A stretch of DNA of 20,000 bases from an uncultured virus (IMG/VR IMGVR_UViG_3300030085_003924) (IMGVR_UViG_3300030085_003924:54675-74674); one strand, 5' to 3'; numbered from the stretch's first letter, positions 1 through 10,386 are shown. Program-made: numbers and translations. The notes: generated from the sequence alone by a model not told the origin.

Positions 1-17
1 GAACGATAAGGTGTTTC

Positions 18-689
18 TTGATTAATTTACCAAATGTTACATTGTATGCAATTTCTTCTGTTCAAATAGAACAGACAATTAAAGCACTTGAGTATTCGTG
101 TAGAGGAATCAATTTTGGTGCGGTAAAGTTTGTAACACATGAGGATATAAATCACGATTATATTAAGGTAGAGAAAGTATCAAGAATCAATAGTATAGAC
201 GAGTTTAGTAAGCTTATGGTATATGATTTACCTAAATATATTGATACTGATTACTCTATTTCAGTTCATTATGATGGATTTATAGTTAATCCTGAACAAT
301 GGAGAGATGATTTTTTAAATTATGATTGGATAGGACCTCTTTGGACGAAAGGTCATAATTATTTTGACAAGAATGGTAACCAAGTTAGGGTTGGAAATGG
401 TGGTATTTCCTTTAGAAGTCAAAGACTTATAGGACTGGCAAAAAAGTTAAATTTACCTTGGGAGCCGTTTACTAATAATGGAGAACATAAACCAGGTTAT
501 TGGGAAGATGCTTTGATTTGTGTAAAGAATAGACATATTTATGAAGAACATGGATGTAAATTTGCACCAATAGAAATAGCAGCAAAATGGGGTAGAGAAT
601 TACACAACCCACCTATTTCAGAAAATGAAGGAATAACACCTTTCTCATTTCACGGAAAAAAGGATCCGTACTTAGACCTTATACAATAA
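18..689 (+). CDS. DUF5672-family protein (glycosyltransferase-like)
   Basis: Motifs VHYDGFIVN..W.DDFLNYDWIGPLW, VGNGGISFRS, WED.LIC, KFAP.EIA, PFSFHG match the recalled DUF5672 pattern (GNGGFSLRS). TTG start with AAGGT upstream; the frame is open to the window edge, so the start is not certain. Confidence 0.8.
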   Translation: MINLPNVTLYAISSVQIEQTIKALEYSCRGINFGAVKFVTHEDINHDYIKVEKVSRINSIDEFSKLMVYDLPKYIDTDYSISVHYDGFIVNPEQWRDDFLNYDWIGPLWTKGHNYFDKNGNQVRVGNGGISFRSQRLIGLAKKLNLPWEPFTNNGEHKPGYWEDALICVKNRHIYEEHGCKFAPIEIAAKWGRELHNPPISENEGITPFSFHGKKDPYLDLIQ

Positions 690-1321
690 TGGGATTTTCT
701 TTAAAACATATTTTGTATTTTCATATGCCAAGGACTGCGGGTGATTCTATTAGAAAATCTATATCCAATTTCCCAAAGATGTGTAGAGTTACAACTCATC
801 ATAGTCAAGTTCACGCCATCAAAAATATAAAACAACATTCAACTTATTCACATCACAAATCATTTACATTTGTTCGTAACCCTTATAATAGACTTTATAG
901 TTCTTATAATTGGATTATGAACAGAGATACATCAAGAAATGAAGATTTGAGTGGAATTGATTTGTTGGAATATGATTATCTAAAGGGATTCAATGATTTC
1001 AACGATTTTGCCACTAATGTAGATGTGGATGGAATAAATAAAGAATTTATGATACACTTTCACCCTTGTAGTAAATGGATTTGGGATTCAAAACTTTTAA
1101 TTACAAATTTTTTCAAGTTCGAAGATTTATTCAGTAACGATGATTCATTCTTACATTGGTGCAAAGATAACGGACTTAATTATCAAGGACTTGTAGATGA
1201 AACACACAAATCTAAATGGACAGAAAGAAATTATTTTGATTATTTTAATTCTGAATCGATATTTAATATAAACAAGTTATATAAAAAAGACTTCGAACTT
1301 TTTGGTTATGAGAAAATATGA
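689..1321 (+). CDS. Sulfotransferase family 2 (PAPS-dependent carbohydrate sulfotransferase)
   Basis: 5'-PSB-like FHMPRTAGDS, 3'-PB-like FTFVRNPYNRLYSSY, C-terminal YKKDFELFGY; TAATG coupling to upstream gene. Confidence 0.88.
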   Translation: MGFSLKHILYFHMPRTAGDSIRKSISNFPKMCRVTTHHSQVHAIKNIKQHSTYSHHKSFTFVRNPYNRLYSSYNWIMNRDTSRNEDLSGIDLLEYDYLKGFNDFNDFATNVDVDGINKEFMIHFHPCSKWIWDSKLLITNFFKFEDLFSNDDSFLHWCKDNGLNYQGLVDETHKSKWTERNYFDYFNSESIFNINKLYKKDFELFGYEKI

Positions 1322-2139
1322 TAACAACAAGATTAAGACATACATTTACACCTAATCCCGAAACAAAGACACCAGACATAGGATTGGCTAATAGATTGTT
1401 TCAAATAGCAGCAGGTATTGGTTATGCAAAAAAATATAATGATAAGGTAGTTTTTCCTGATATCTTACATAAGAACTATGATATTCATAGGAATACTATA
1501 TTCAGAAATCTAAACTCTAATGGTGGTTCAAGAAATTTTATACAGAATACACATAGTTATACTGGTTATGGATACCAACCGATACCATTCAAACCAAATA
1601 TGGAACTTAATGGTTGGTTTCAATCTTGGAAATATTTTGAAGGTGCAGACAACGAAATAAGAGAAACATTTTCAATACCAACAGATATGATGGATTACTT
1701 AAATTCAAAGTATTCCGATATTCTAAGTAAAAAAACAGTTAGTGTTCATGTCAGACGAGGTATACAGGCAGCAGACGAAGCCGCATTAAGACAATATCCA
1801 CAGGCTGGAGCAGACTATATATCCGAGGCAGTAAAAATGTTTGATTCATCTTATACTTTTGTTTTATTTAGTGATGGTCATAATTGGTGTAGAGAAAATC
1901 TCAGAGATGATGTACCATTTGTTCATATTGAAAATGAAACAGAGATAGTTGATTTATATTTAATGTCACTAATGCATCATAACATTATTTACAATAGTAC
2001 ATTTAGTTGGTGGAGTGCTTGGTTGAACAAAAATCCAAATAAAAAAATAATCACTCCCAATACTTGGTACGGACCTGATAATCCATGGCCAAACCAACCT
2101 GATGAAGATTTGATACCAAATAATTGGATACGAATATAA
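1318..2139 (+). CDS. GT11-family glycosyltransferase (alpha-1,2-fucosyltransferase-like)
   Basis: GLANRLFQ, GWFQSWKYF, SVHVRRG, FSD..WC, DLYLMS..HNII.NSTFSWWSAWL, DLIPNNWIRI. Confidence 0.92.
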   Translation: MITTRLRHTFTPNPETKTPDIGLANRLFQIAAGIGYAKKYNDKVVFPDILHKNYDIHRNTIFRNLNSNGGSRNFIQNTHSYTGYGYQPIPFKPNMELNGWFQSWKYFEGADNEIRETFSIPTDMMDYLNSKYSDILSKKTVSVHVRRGIQAADEAALRQYPQAGADYISEAVKMFDSSYTFVLFSDGHNWCRENLRDDVPFVHIENETEIVDLYLMSLMHHNIIYNSTFSWWSAWLNKNPNKKIITPNTWYGPDNPWPNQPDEDLIPNNWIRI

Positions 2140-2819
2140 TGGAAAAAGATATAAATAAAGATTATTTCAAAGAAAAAATAACTAAAGAAAATCCAACAAT
2201 ATTCGATGTTGGAACTTTTGATGGAAGTGATTGTTTAGATTTTTATTATTTATTTTCAAATCCAACCATCTATGCATTTGAAGCTGATAAAAGGTCAGTT
2301 GATATTTTCAAAAAATATGTTGGTCATAGACCAATTAATTTGGTAGAAACTGCTCTTTCAAATGTAGATGGTGAAATTGAGTTCTATCAAAGTGAAAGTG
2401 AAACTCGTAGACACTCTCAAAGATATGATTACGAAAAGACTTGGAGTGCGTCAGGTTCAGTAAAGAAACCAGATAATCACCTTAGTGTATTTCCTGATAT
2501 ACAATTTGAATTAAATAAAGTTAAATCTACAAAATTAGATACTTGGATGTCAGATAAAGATATTGATTTAATTGATATAATGTGGGTGGATGTTAATGGT
2601 GGAGAAGAAGAATTTTTAAGTGGTGGAAAAAACACCATAAATAAAAAAGTTAATTATTTATATATAGAATTCAACGGAGTTGATGACCGAAAGTTATACA
2701 AAGATTGTTATACTGCAAATCAGATTAAAGACACATTACCTAATTTTGAAGAAATAGGTATCTATAATTTTATGGGAAATTTTGGTAATATATTATTGAA
2801 GAATAAAGGAGTAGGATAA
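2139..2819 (+). CDS. FkbM-family SAM-dependent methyltransferase (NoeI-like sugar O-methyltransferase)
   Basis: IFDVGTFDG, IYAFEAD, ALSNVDGEIEFY, KLDTW, IDIMWVDVNGGE, YLYIE. Start moved from 2124 to the ATG at 2139 that overlaps the upstream TAA. Confidence 0.88.
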   Translation: MEKDINKDYFKEKITKENPTIFDVGTFDGSDCLDFYYLFSNPTIYAFEADKRSVDIFKKYVGHRPINLVETALSNVDGEIEFYQSESETRRHSQRYDYEKTWSASGSVKKPDNHLSVFPDIQFELNKVKSTKLDTWMSDKDIDLIDIMWVDVNGGEEEFLSGGKNTINKKVNYLYIEFNGVDDRKLYKDCYTANQIKDTLPNFEEIGIYNFMGNFGNILLKNKGVG

Positions 2820-3580
2820 TGGGAAATTATCAAGGATTAAAGAAAGAAGAAACTCGTAATGAGTATGGTGAAGATATTCATTATACAAGTTGGCCAGTTG
2901 GGAAAATTCCTAAAGAATTTCAACGACCTGAACTTGACCAAGTAAGAGAATTGGGATATGATTGGGATGATCCACGAGATGTAGTGGATATGTTTGAGGA
3001 GAAGGTTGCTAAATTTGCTGGTAGTAAATACGCTTGTAGTATAGATTCATGTTCCAACGGATTATTTTTGGCAATGAAATATCTTAATGCCGAAGGAACG
3101 ATTACAATTCCTAAGAGAACCTATGTTTCACCACCAATGCAAATAATACATGCTGGATGTAAAGTAAAGTTTGAAGATAGAGAATGGAGTGGAGTTTATA
3201 AATTAGAACCATATAATATTTGGGATGGTGCTACGGCTTGGACGAAAGGAATGTATGTTGGAAACGATGCAATACAAGTTGTGTCTTTTCAAATAAAGAA
3301 AAGAATACCAATTGGTCGTGGTGGTATGATATTAACAGATAGTAAAGAGGCATTTGAATGGTTCAAATATGCTACATATGATGGTAGAAATCTTAGAGAA
3401 TATTATATGGATGATAAGTTTGCAATGATTGGTTGGCATATGTATATGACACCTGAAGATGCCGCCAGAGGTATAATATTGATGGATTCAGTTCCAGAGG
3501 TAAATGAGGATACAGGTGGTTCAACCACATATTCGGACTTATCAGATAGAGAAGTATTTAAAGATTACTTAGGAGAATAA
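2819..3580 (+). CDS. Short DegT/DnrJ/EryC1/StrS-family PLP-dependent aminotransferase (253 aa)
   Basis: FEEKVAKFAGSKYA..DSCSNGLFLA, WDGA (PLP Asp), SFQIKK (PLP Lys), GRGGMILTD, GWHMYM. Lacks the C-terminal domain of full-length members. Confidence 0.82.
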   Translation: MGNYQGLKKEETRNEYGEDIHYTSWPVGKIPKEFQRPELDQVRELGYDWDDPRDVVDMFEEKVAKFAGSKYACSIDSCSNGLFLAMKYLNAEGTITIPKRTYVSPPMQIIHAGCKVKFEDREWSGVYKLEPYNIWDGATAWTKGMYVGNDAIQVVSFQIKKRIPIGRGGMILTDSKEAFEWFKYATYDGRNLREYYMDDKFAMIGWHMYMTPEDAARGIILMDSVPEVNEDTGGSTTYSDLSDREVFKDYLGE

Positions 3581-4333
3581 ATGACACCTAAAATATCCAT
3601 AGTTACAGCAACACATCGTAGACCTGATTTATTGTACAAATGTATAAAGTCAGTTCAAACCTCAACCTTACAAGAATATGAACATATAATAGTAGGTGAC
3701 CATTGTGATTGGGCACAAAGAGTATGTGAGTTATTTTCAGATGATAAAAGAATAAAATATTTTGAAACACCACATCCTCATGTTTGGAATGCTGGTGCCA
3801 GTTCAAAAAATATTGGGATAGAAAAGGCACAAACTGATTACATTGTTTATTGTGATGATGATAATATAGTATTAGAAAATCATTTAGAGGTGATGTACAA
3901 TGAGATGTCGAAGGGAACTAAGTTGTGTGCGTCAAAATTATATGAAATCACATTGGATAATTGGGGAGATGGTTCAATAGAAACTCTCATGAACATACCA
4001 TTACCAAAGTTAAATGAATTACAGAATGGTCGGTCACATTATGGTGATATGCAATGTTATGGACACACGAAGTCATTATCGGATTGTGTGGGTGGATGGC
4101 AAACAGCCGAAGAAATACAACACGATAGTAGGTGGACAAAATCAGCAGTAAATGAAGATGGATATTTACTATGGAAATTCGATAGACTTATTAATGAGAA
4201 GCCTGTGTTTCTTGATTCCATAAGTGTTGTGTATTATGGTAGAGGTGCCTGTTCGAATAAAGACAATGAATACGAAAAATTATTAAATATTGATGAACTA
4301 TTTGTTTATCCAAACCTTACGGAGAAATTATGA
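3581..4333 (+). CDS. GT2-family glycosyltransferase
   Basis: KISIVTATHRRP, CIKSV, EHIIVGD, KNIGIEKA..DYIVYCDDDN, NED motif; AGGAG RBS. Confidence 0.88.
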   Translation: MTPKISIVTATHRRPDLLYKCIKSVQTSTLQEYEHIIVGDHCDWAQRVCELFSDDKRIKYFETPHPHVWNAGASSKNIGIEKAQTDYIVYCDDDNIVLENHLEVMYNEMSKGTKLCASKLYEITLDNWGDGSIETLMNIPLPKLNELQNGRSHYGDMQCYGHTKSLSDCVGGWQTAEEIQHDSRWTKSAVNEDGYLLWKFDRLINEKPVFLDSISVVYYGRGACSNKDNEYEKLLNIDELFVYPNLTEKL

Positions 4334-5316
4334 AGAAAAAAGCGTTTATAACAGGTATATCTGGTCAAGATGGTAGTTATCTTGCAGAATTACTATTGGA
4401 AAAAGATTATGAGGTCTATGGTATAATCCGTAGAAACTCCACACCCGAACACCAAGAAAGTAGAATTGACCACTTGGTTGGGAATGGAGTAGAAACAGAG
4501 TATGGTGATTTACTTGATGTAAGTTCATTAGAGAGAATGATACGAACAATACAACCTGATGAAATATACAACATAGCAGCACAAAGCCATGTTAGAATCA
4601 GTATGGATATTCCACAATTTACAGTTCAGGCTAACTGCCTTGGGTTATTGAATGTATTAGAGGCATATAAAAACAATTGTCCTACCGCAAGATTTTATCA
4701 AGCATCATCATCTGAGATGTTTGGTCGTTCAGTTGATGAGGATGGATATCAAAGAGAAACCACACCTATGCATCCTACAAGTCCTTATGGATGTACAAAA
4801 GTATTTGGATTCAATATGGTAGTTCATTACAGACACGCCTATAAATTATTTGCATCAAATGGTATTCTATTTAATCACGAATCACCAAGACGAGGTTCTA
4901 ATTTTGTAACCAACAAGGTTGTTAAATGTGCTGTTCAAATTAAACACGGATTACGAGACAAGTTACCACTTGGTAATTTAGAAGCATATCGTGATTGGGG
5001 ACATTCAAAAGATTATGTTAGAGCCATGCATATGATTATGAATCATACAGAACCAGATGACTTTGTATGTGCTACAGGTCAGAGTAGGTCGGTAGGAGAT
5101 ATGTGTGAGTATGTATTTTCAACTCTTGGATTAGATTACAAAGACTATGTAACTGAAGATCCAAGATTCATGAGAGCAGAAGAATTAAAATATCTTAGAG
5201 GTGACTCTACTAAACTCAGAGAAACCTTTGGATGGGAGCCAGAATATACATTTGAAACCTTGATGGATGAGATGATAGAACATTGGGAAAAAATATACGA
5301 TTTTGGGAATAAATAA
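4330..5316 (+). CDS. gmd: GDP-mannose 4,6-dehydratase
   Basis: ITGISGQDGSYLAELLLEK, PDEIYNIAAQSHV, FYQASSSEMFG, SPYGCTK, NGILFNHESPRRG, LGNLEAYRDWGH. Confidence 0.97.
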   Translation: MKKKAFITGISGQDGSYLAELLLEKDYEVYGIIRRNSTPEHQESRIDHLVGNGVETEYGDLLDVSSLERMIRTIQPDEIYNIAAQSHVRISMDIPQFTVQANCLGLLNVLEAYKNNCPTARFYQASSSEMFGRSVDEDGYQRETTPMHPTSPYGCTKVFGFNMVVHYRHAYKLFASNGILFNHESPRRGSNFVTNKVVKCAVQIKHGLRDKLPLGNLEAYRDWGHSKDYVRAMHMIMNHTEPDDFVCATGQSRSVGDMCEYVFSTLGLDYKDYVTEDPRFMRAEELKYLRGDSTKLRETFGWEPEYTFETLMDEMIEHWEKIYDFGNK

Positions 5317-5330
5317 GGATATATATTAAT

Positions 5331-6161
5331 ATGAAAGAAAAGGTTTTAGTAGTAGCTCCAACAACTGCAAGTAGATTACCATTATTAAAAGAGGTTTTAG
5401 GAAAATTATATGACAATACTAATTTAGACATTAAAACTATTGTTGTAAAGAATGGTACTTATTCAGATGAAGAATATCAGAATTTTGATTTTGGATTACC
5501 CAATATAATAAAAACCACTTCAGAACCTGGTGGACATATATCACATGCTATGAATGTTGGTATGGAATATATGACAGACGAGGATTGGTTTGTATATCAA
5601 GAAGATGATATAGTGTTTCAAAATGAAAAGTGGTTAGAAAATATGATTTCCATATACAAGACTATCGATAATTGTGGTGCCTTTGGAACAAGACTTCATG
5701 GACAACAAAGACAATTTACTAATACATCAGAGTCTTTGAAAAAGAAAGATGATGATACATTCGAGGTTTATTGGTCAGACGGGTTTACTTTAATTAGTGG
5801 TGATATAATTAGGAAACATAATTTAAGGTATGATGAACATATGATGACCGTTCCAAATGCATGTATTAACTTACAATTAATCGAATTGGGTTATGAAAAT
5901 TGGAGAACAGAGTTAGAATATGTCCATCATCACATTGGTGGAGATAGAACTGGTACACCCAAATGGAAACATGCTGATGTACCGATACATATGAAACGAG
6001 GTGATTGTCAGATTTACCTAAAGTATAATGGATGTGGTATTGAGAAAATACAAGATTGGGTTAATATGGATACTATTAAGGCCAGAGATTGGTTAATATC
6101 AAAAGGTAGAGATAAAGAAGATTATCAAACTTTTGAGTTGAATGAGGAGAACTATGTATAA
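5331..6161 (+). CDS. Divergent GT-A fold (GT2-like) glycosyltransferase
   Basis: N-terminal beta-alpha-beta start, IVVKNG, ISHAMNVGM, WFVYQEDDI (xDD), YDE, terminal VHHH; located in the glycan cluster. Confidence 0.7.
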   Translation: MKEKVLVVAPTTASRLPLLKEVLGKLYDNTNLDIKTIVVKNGTYSDEEYQNFDFGLPNIIKTTSEPGGHISHAMNVGMEYMTDEDWFVYQEDDIVFQNEKWLENMISIYKTIDNCGAFGTRLHGQQRQFTNTSESLKKKDDDTFEVYWSDGFTLISGDIIRKHNLRYDEHMMTVPNACINLQLIELGYENWRTELEYVHHHIGGDRTGTPKWKHADVPIHMKRGDCQIYLKYNGCGIEKIQDWVNMDTIKARDWLISKGRDKEDYQTFELNEENYV

Positions 6162-7324
6162 TGGATATTAGAGAAAAACCATTAAAGGTTTTAGGGCCAT
6201 TTGGAGACAAATCAGATATAGATTCTATTGGAGAAGTTATTGAAAGTGGATGGTGGGGAAAAGGACCTAAAGTTCAAGAGTTTGAAGAAAAATTTGCAGA
6301 ACTTGTTGGTGCAAAACATGCGATAGCAGTTACAAGTAATTCTCATGGTCAAGATTTGGTTATGAAAGCCATGGGATTTAAAGGTATTGATGTTATCAAT
6401 CCAACAATATCTTTCGTAGCAACGGCACAGATTCCATTGTGGAATGATTGTACTTCCAACATAGTAGATGTCGATTCTGTAAATCTTAACATAACGGCAG
6501 AAGAAGTAGAAAAGTGGAAGAAACCAAATTCAGAAGTTTGTATTGCTGTGAATATGGCTGGGATTCCAGCACCTATTGACGAGATTAGAAAAGTATTTGG
6601 TGGATATATTATTGAAGATTGTGCACATAGTTGTTATACAGAAGGTGCTGGTACAAAAGGTGATGTGGCAGTTTGGTCATTTCAGGCAGTGAAAACGATG
6701 CCGATTGGTGATGGTGGAATGATTACATTAGATGATGATGATTTGGCAAATAGAATCAGAGAAATGTTATGGTTTGGTGTTTCTTCAACTTGGAGTAGAG
6801 CAGCAGATTCGAGTGGTACTCGACCTGGTTACGCTTGGGATTATCAAGTAGATAAACTTGGGTATAAATACTATATGATTGATATTATAGCAGCTCTCGG
6901 TTTATCTCAGATGAAAAAACTACCTCAATTCTTGGATACTCGTAGACATATACAAAAAAGATATAATGATGAGTTACATCCAATAATCGAAAGACCAGCA
7001 TATTCTGATACGGTTCAGTACTATTGTGCTAGATTACCTATGAAGTTTGAAAATATGGCACCTGATGGAAGTGGATATAGCAGAAAAGTGTGTAGAGATG
7101 ACTTAATTAATTACTTGGCAGATAAGAAGATACATACATCAGTTCATTTTAAACCTTTACATCTGTATAATTTATTAAAGGATGATACCAAAAGATTACG
7201 AGTTGCAGAACAAGAGTGGGTGAAGTTAATAAGTTTACCTTGTCACAATGGAATGACAGACGAAGATATAGATTATGTAGTTTATTGGGTTAATAAATTT
7301 ATAGAGGAAGAATATGAAAAGTAG
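6161..7324 (+). CDS. DegT/DnrJ/EryC1/StrS-family NDP-sugar aminotransferase (full length)
   Basis: SGWWGKGPKVQEFEEKFA, IIEDCAHS, WSFQAVKTMPIGDGGMI, LGYKYYM.DI.AALG, IHTSVHF.PLH, ISLPCH. Confidence 0.95.
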   Translation: MDIREKPLKVLGPFGDKSDIDSIGEVIESGWWGKGPKVQEFEEKFAELVGAKHAIAVTSNSHGQDLVMKAMGFKGIDVINPTISFVATAQIPLWNDCTSNIVDVDSVNLNITAEEVEKWKKPNSEVCIAVNMAGIPAPIDEIRKVFGGYIIEDCAHSCYTEGAGTKGDVAVWSFQAVKTMPIGDGGMITLDDDDLANRIREMLWFGVSSTWSRAADSSGTRPGYAWDYQVDKLGYKYYMIDIIAALGLSQMKKLPQFLDTRRHIQKRYNDELHPIIERPAYSDTVQYYCARLPMKFENMAPDGSGYSRKVCRDDLINYLADKKIHTSVHFKPLHLYNLLKDDTKRLRVAEQEWVKLISLPCHNGMTDEDIDYVVYWVNKFIEEEYEK

Positions 7325-8012
7325 ACTCATATTAGGTGATGGTAGTTTAGGAACTGAATTAGTCAAACAAACTGGTTGGGATTATATTAGTAGAAAGAAA
7401 GATGGTATTGATTTTAAGGATATTAAAACATATCAAGGCTATATGTTTGGTTATGATGAGATAATTAATTGTATAGCATGTACTAATACTTATGACAAAT
7501 GGAAAGATGAAAATTGGAATACAAATTATAAGGGTGTAGTTGATTTAGTGGATTATCTTGATGGAACAGACACGAAGCTAATTCAGTTTTCTACCGATTA
7601 TGTTTATGCCCAATCAAAGACAAACGCCTCTGAAACAGATGTTCCTGTACACAATGGAAATTGGTATAGTTATACAAAGGTAATATCAGAACCATACATA
7701 GAATTGAGATTAGACGATTACTTAATAATAAGGTCAACTCACAAACCAAGACCTTTTATGTTCGAAAAGGGATTGATAAGTCAAATTGGTAACTTTGATT
7801 ATATTGATATTGTTTCAAAAATATATATTGATTTGATAGAAGGAGATGCAAAAGGTATTTATAATGTTGGAACTGAATTAAAAACTATGTATGAATTGGG
7901 TAAGAGAACTAAGGATGACATCGTACCCACTAATGAAAAATTTCACGATACCATGCCATTGGATGTGAGTATGAATTTAACTAAACTAAAGAAGTTTTAT
8001 GATAAAAAATAA
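7314..8012 (+). CDS. RmlD-like NDP-4-keto-sugar reductase (short SDR)
   Basis: LILGDGSLGTEL, IINCIACT, FSTDYVY, YSYTK (YxxxK), YLIIR, GIYNVG. Confidence 0.8.
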   Translation: MKSRLILGDGSLGTELVKQTGWDYISRKKDGIDFKDIKTYQGYMFGYDEIINCIACTNTYDKWKDENWNTNYKGVVDLVDYLDGTDTKLIQFSTDYVYAQSKTNASETDVPVHNGNWYSYTKVISEPYIELRLDDYLIIRSTHKPRPFMFEKGLISQIGNFDYIDIVSKIYIDLIEGDAKGIYNVGTELKTMYELGKRTKDDIVPTNEKFHDTMPLDVSMNLTKLKKFYDKK

Positions 8013-8700
8013 GAAAGTAGCATTTGTTGTAGCATTACATCAAAGTAAATTACATAGACCTAATGGATTTGAGCTGTTTAATAATTATATTGGTTCTGTA
8101 TATGATTCGTGTGAATATCCATTTAAAGTTTTTGCATTTGACAACCAATCCGACCATAAATTTGAAGTAGAAAACCAACCAGATAATTTGACCATAACAA
8201 GAGTTGATGACCAATACAAGGGTGGATGTACTTATACTTGGAATGAAGGAATTAAACAGGCAATTAAAGAAGATTTTGATGTAGTAATAATAACTTCAGA
8301 TGACCAAATTTATAATGAATCTGTAAACGATTTTGTAGATGTTATATTAACACACGAACTTAGAGACGATGCTATATTTGGCCCGATGTCAAATAATCCA
8401 AATAACAATTATCAATTATCTCATGAACCAATTGATGATGTGTGGGAGATTTCAGGAAAACCAGAAGATGAACTAAATGGATTCTGTTTGGCAATGACAC
8501 GAGAGTCTATTGAGAAGAATTACTTTGATGAGGATGGTAATTTTTTTAACACAGGACAAGAATTTATTTGGGGTAAACAGGATGTTGAAGTCCAGTCGAG
8601 AGTTGGGCATTCCATAGTGGTTGGAAAATGTTATGTTCATCATTATAAACAAGGTGGGTGGAGAGAGATACGAGATGGTTTGAGGATAGATGATGTCTAA
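7999..8700 (+). CDS. Divergent GT2-like glycosyltransferase
   Basis: FAFDNQS, TWNEGIKQA, VIITSDD, GPMSN, LNGFCLAM, YVHHYKQ. Confidence 0.75.
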   Translation: MIKNKKVAFVVALHQSKLHRPNGFELFNNYIGSVYDSCEYPFKVFAFDNQSDHKFEVENQPDNLTITRVDDQYKGGCTYTWNEGIKQAIKEDFDVVIITSDDQIYNESVNDFVDVILTHELRDDAIFGPMSNNPNNNYQLSHEPIDDVWEISGKPEDELNGFCLAMTRESIEKNYFDEDGNFFNTGQEFIWGKQDVEVQSRVGHSIVVGKCYVHHYKQGGWREIRDGLRIDDV

Positions 8701-9466
8701 AAATGTCGTGTTCATACCTAATATAGATTTAGGTGATGGTAGAAATAAATCCTATAAATACTCAATAGATAGTTGGAGTCATTTCGCTAAGAAGAACGAT
8801 TGTGAGTTATTGATTTGGGAAGATTTATTATTTCCCATAGAACAAATGAAGATAACTTGGCAACGATATTATATGTTTGATATTTTAGAGGCAAATAATA
8901 TTGATTATGACCAAATTTTAATAGTTGATGCTGATACAATAGTTCATCCTGATTGTCCTAATTTCTTTACAGAGACAAATGGTAAGTATAGTGTAGTTAG
9001 AAATAATGGTAGTTTTGAGTGGACGAGAAGGTCAATGGATGGATTCTCTAAATTATTATTTGATGGAGAAGTTCCATTTAAAGTGTGGGATTATTTCAAT
9101 TGTGGATTTCAGATTGTTAATAAAGAACACAAGGAGTTTTTTGAATATGTGAGAGATTATTATTTAGAAAACCAAAATAAGATACAAAACGCTATAGAAC
9201 AAGTTCGAGCTGGTACAGACCAAACACTAATCAATTTTTTAATTAGAGAACAGAATGTAGAATTAAATTATTTACCGATAGAATATAATTTACAGGATTT
9301 ACATTCAAAACAACTACTATTTCTTCATCCACAAATGTGGTTCGAAGATAAATTAATATTCGAAAATTGTGGTTATGTATTTCATTTTAATGCGATACCA
9401 CCAAATGATATGAATAGAGATGCAAGTTATTGGATTAAAAGAACATATGAGGAGTTTTACGGATGA
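8693..9466 (+). CDS. GT-A nucleotide-sugar transferase (GT8/GT34-like)
   Basis: SIDSW..FAKK, DYDQILIVDADTIVHPDCPNFF (DxD), YFNCGF, TDQTLINF, YN, VFHFN. Second ATG (8693) is better spaced from GAGGA than 8690. Confidence 0.82.
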   Translation: MSKNVVFIPNIDLGDGRNKSYKYSIDSWSHFAKKNDCELLIWEDLLFPIEQMKITWQRYYMFDILEANNIDYDQILIVDADTIVHPDCPNFFTETNGKYSVVRNNGSFEWTRRSMDGFSKLLFDGEVPFKVWDYFNCGFQIVNKEHKEFFEYVRDYYLENQNKIQNAIEQVRAGTDQTLINFLIREQNVELNYLPIEYNLQDLHSKQLLFLHPQMWFEDKLIFENCGYVFHFNAIPPNDMNRDASYWIKRTYEEFYG

Positions 9467-10386
9467 AAGTAGCATTCTTTTCAGAAACGGGTAGTAATCA
9501 AAAATATCCAAGAGACTTTCCAAATGCCCGTACAGAAGTGGGTTGGTGTTTGGCATTAGATGCCCCAATGTGTCATTTGAATCCATCCATAAAGGAGAGA
9601 TTAGAAAATTTCGATTTAGGGATAGTTATAATTCCTAAAAATAATCCTGAAAAGATTGATTGGGATTGGATAAGGAGTAAGTGTAAAAATGTTGCGGTAA
9701 TGCAAGAAGGCCCACATTGGTACTTTCAAGATTATACAATCGATAAACAATTTCATTATTATAATAGTTTACTTGAAGCAGATTGGGTATATTGTCATAA
9801 TACTTCAGATGTAAATTACTACAAAGGATTAGGATGTAAAGATGTTAGGGTGATGAGAAGTTTGATGATACCTGATGGATTAGTCCCAAGAAACGAGTGG
9901 GGAGATGTAACAATTATTGGTGGTAATTTTGTTAGTTGGTATGGTGGATTTGATTCCTATATGGTTGCAAGAGAGATAGGAGACCCGATAGTAGCACCAT
10001 CAATGGGTAGGAAACAAGATTTGGAAAATCAAATAGAAGATATTCAGTATTTACCATACATGAGTTGGAGAGATTGGATTAATAGTTTATCCCAATACAA
10101 TATAGGAATACATTTGATGAGAACACATGCAGCTGGTACATTCGCTATGAATTGTGGATTTCATGGAATACCATGTATTGGATACAAAGGATTGGACACA
10201 CAAGAATTAATATTTCCAAACACAACAATAGAGGTTGGTGATTTGGAAGGAGCACAAAAGATAGCAAAGAAACTCAAAACGGATGAAAAATTTTATGATG
10301 AGTGTAGTAAAGAAGCATTATATAGATTTAGTGAATATTACACAGAAGAAAAATGGTTAGAAAATTGGGAGAATACAAACAAATGA
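9463..10386 (+). CDS. Putative GT-B fold (GT4-like) glycosyltransferase
   Basis: C-terminal YLPYMSW..W...L....IGIHL....AGTF..NC...GIPCIG...D.QELIFP and terminal helix resemble the donor-binding domain of GT-B enzymes; cluster context. Confidence 0.65.
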   Translation: MKVAFFSETGSNQKYPRDFPNARTEVGWCLALDAPMCHLNPSIKERLENFDLGIVIIPKNNPEKIDWDWIRSKCKNVAVMQEGPHWYFQDYTIDKQFHYYNSLLEADWVYCHNTSDVNYYKGLGCKDVRVMRSLMIPDGLVPRNEWGDVTIIGGNFVSWYGGFDSYMVAREIGDPIVAPSMGRKQDLENQIEDIQYLPYMSWRDWINSLSQYNIGIHLMRTHAAGTFAMNCGFHGIPCIGYKGLDTQELIFPNTTIEVGDLEGAQKIAKKLKTDEKFYDECSKEALYRFSEYYTEEKWLENWENTNK

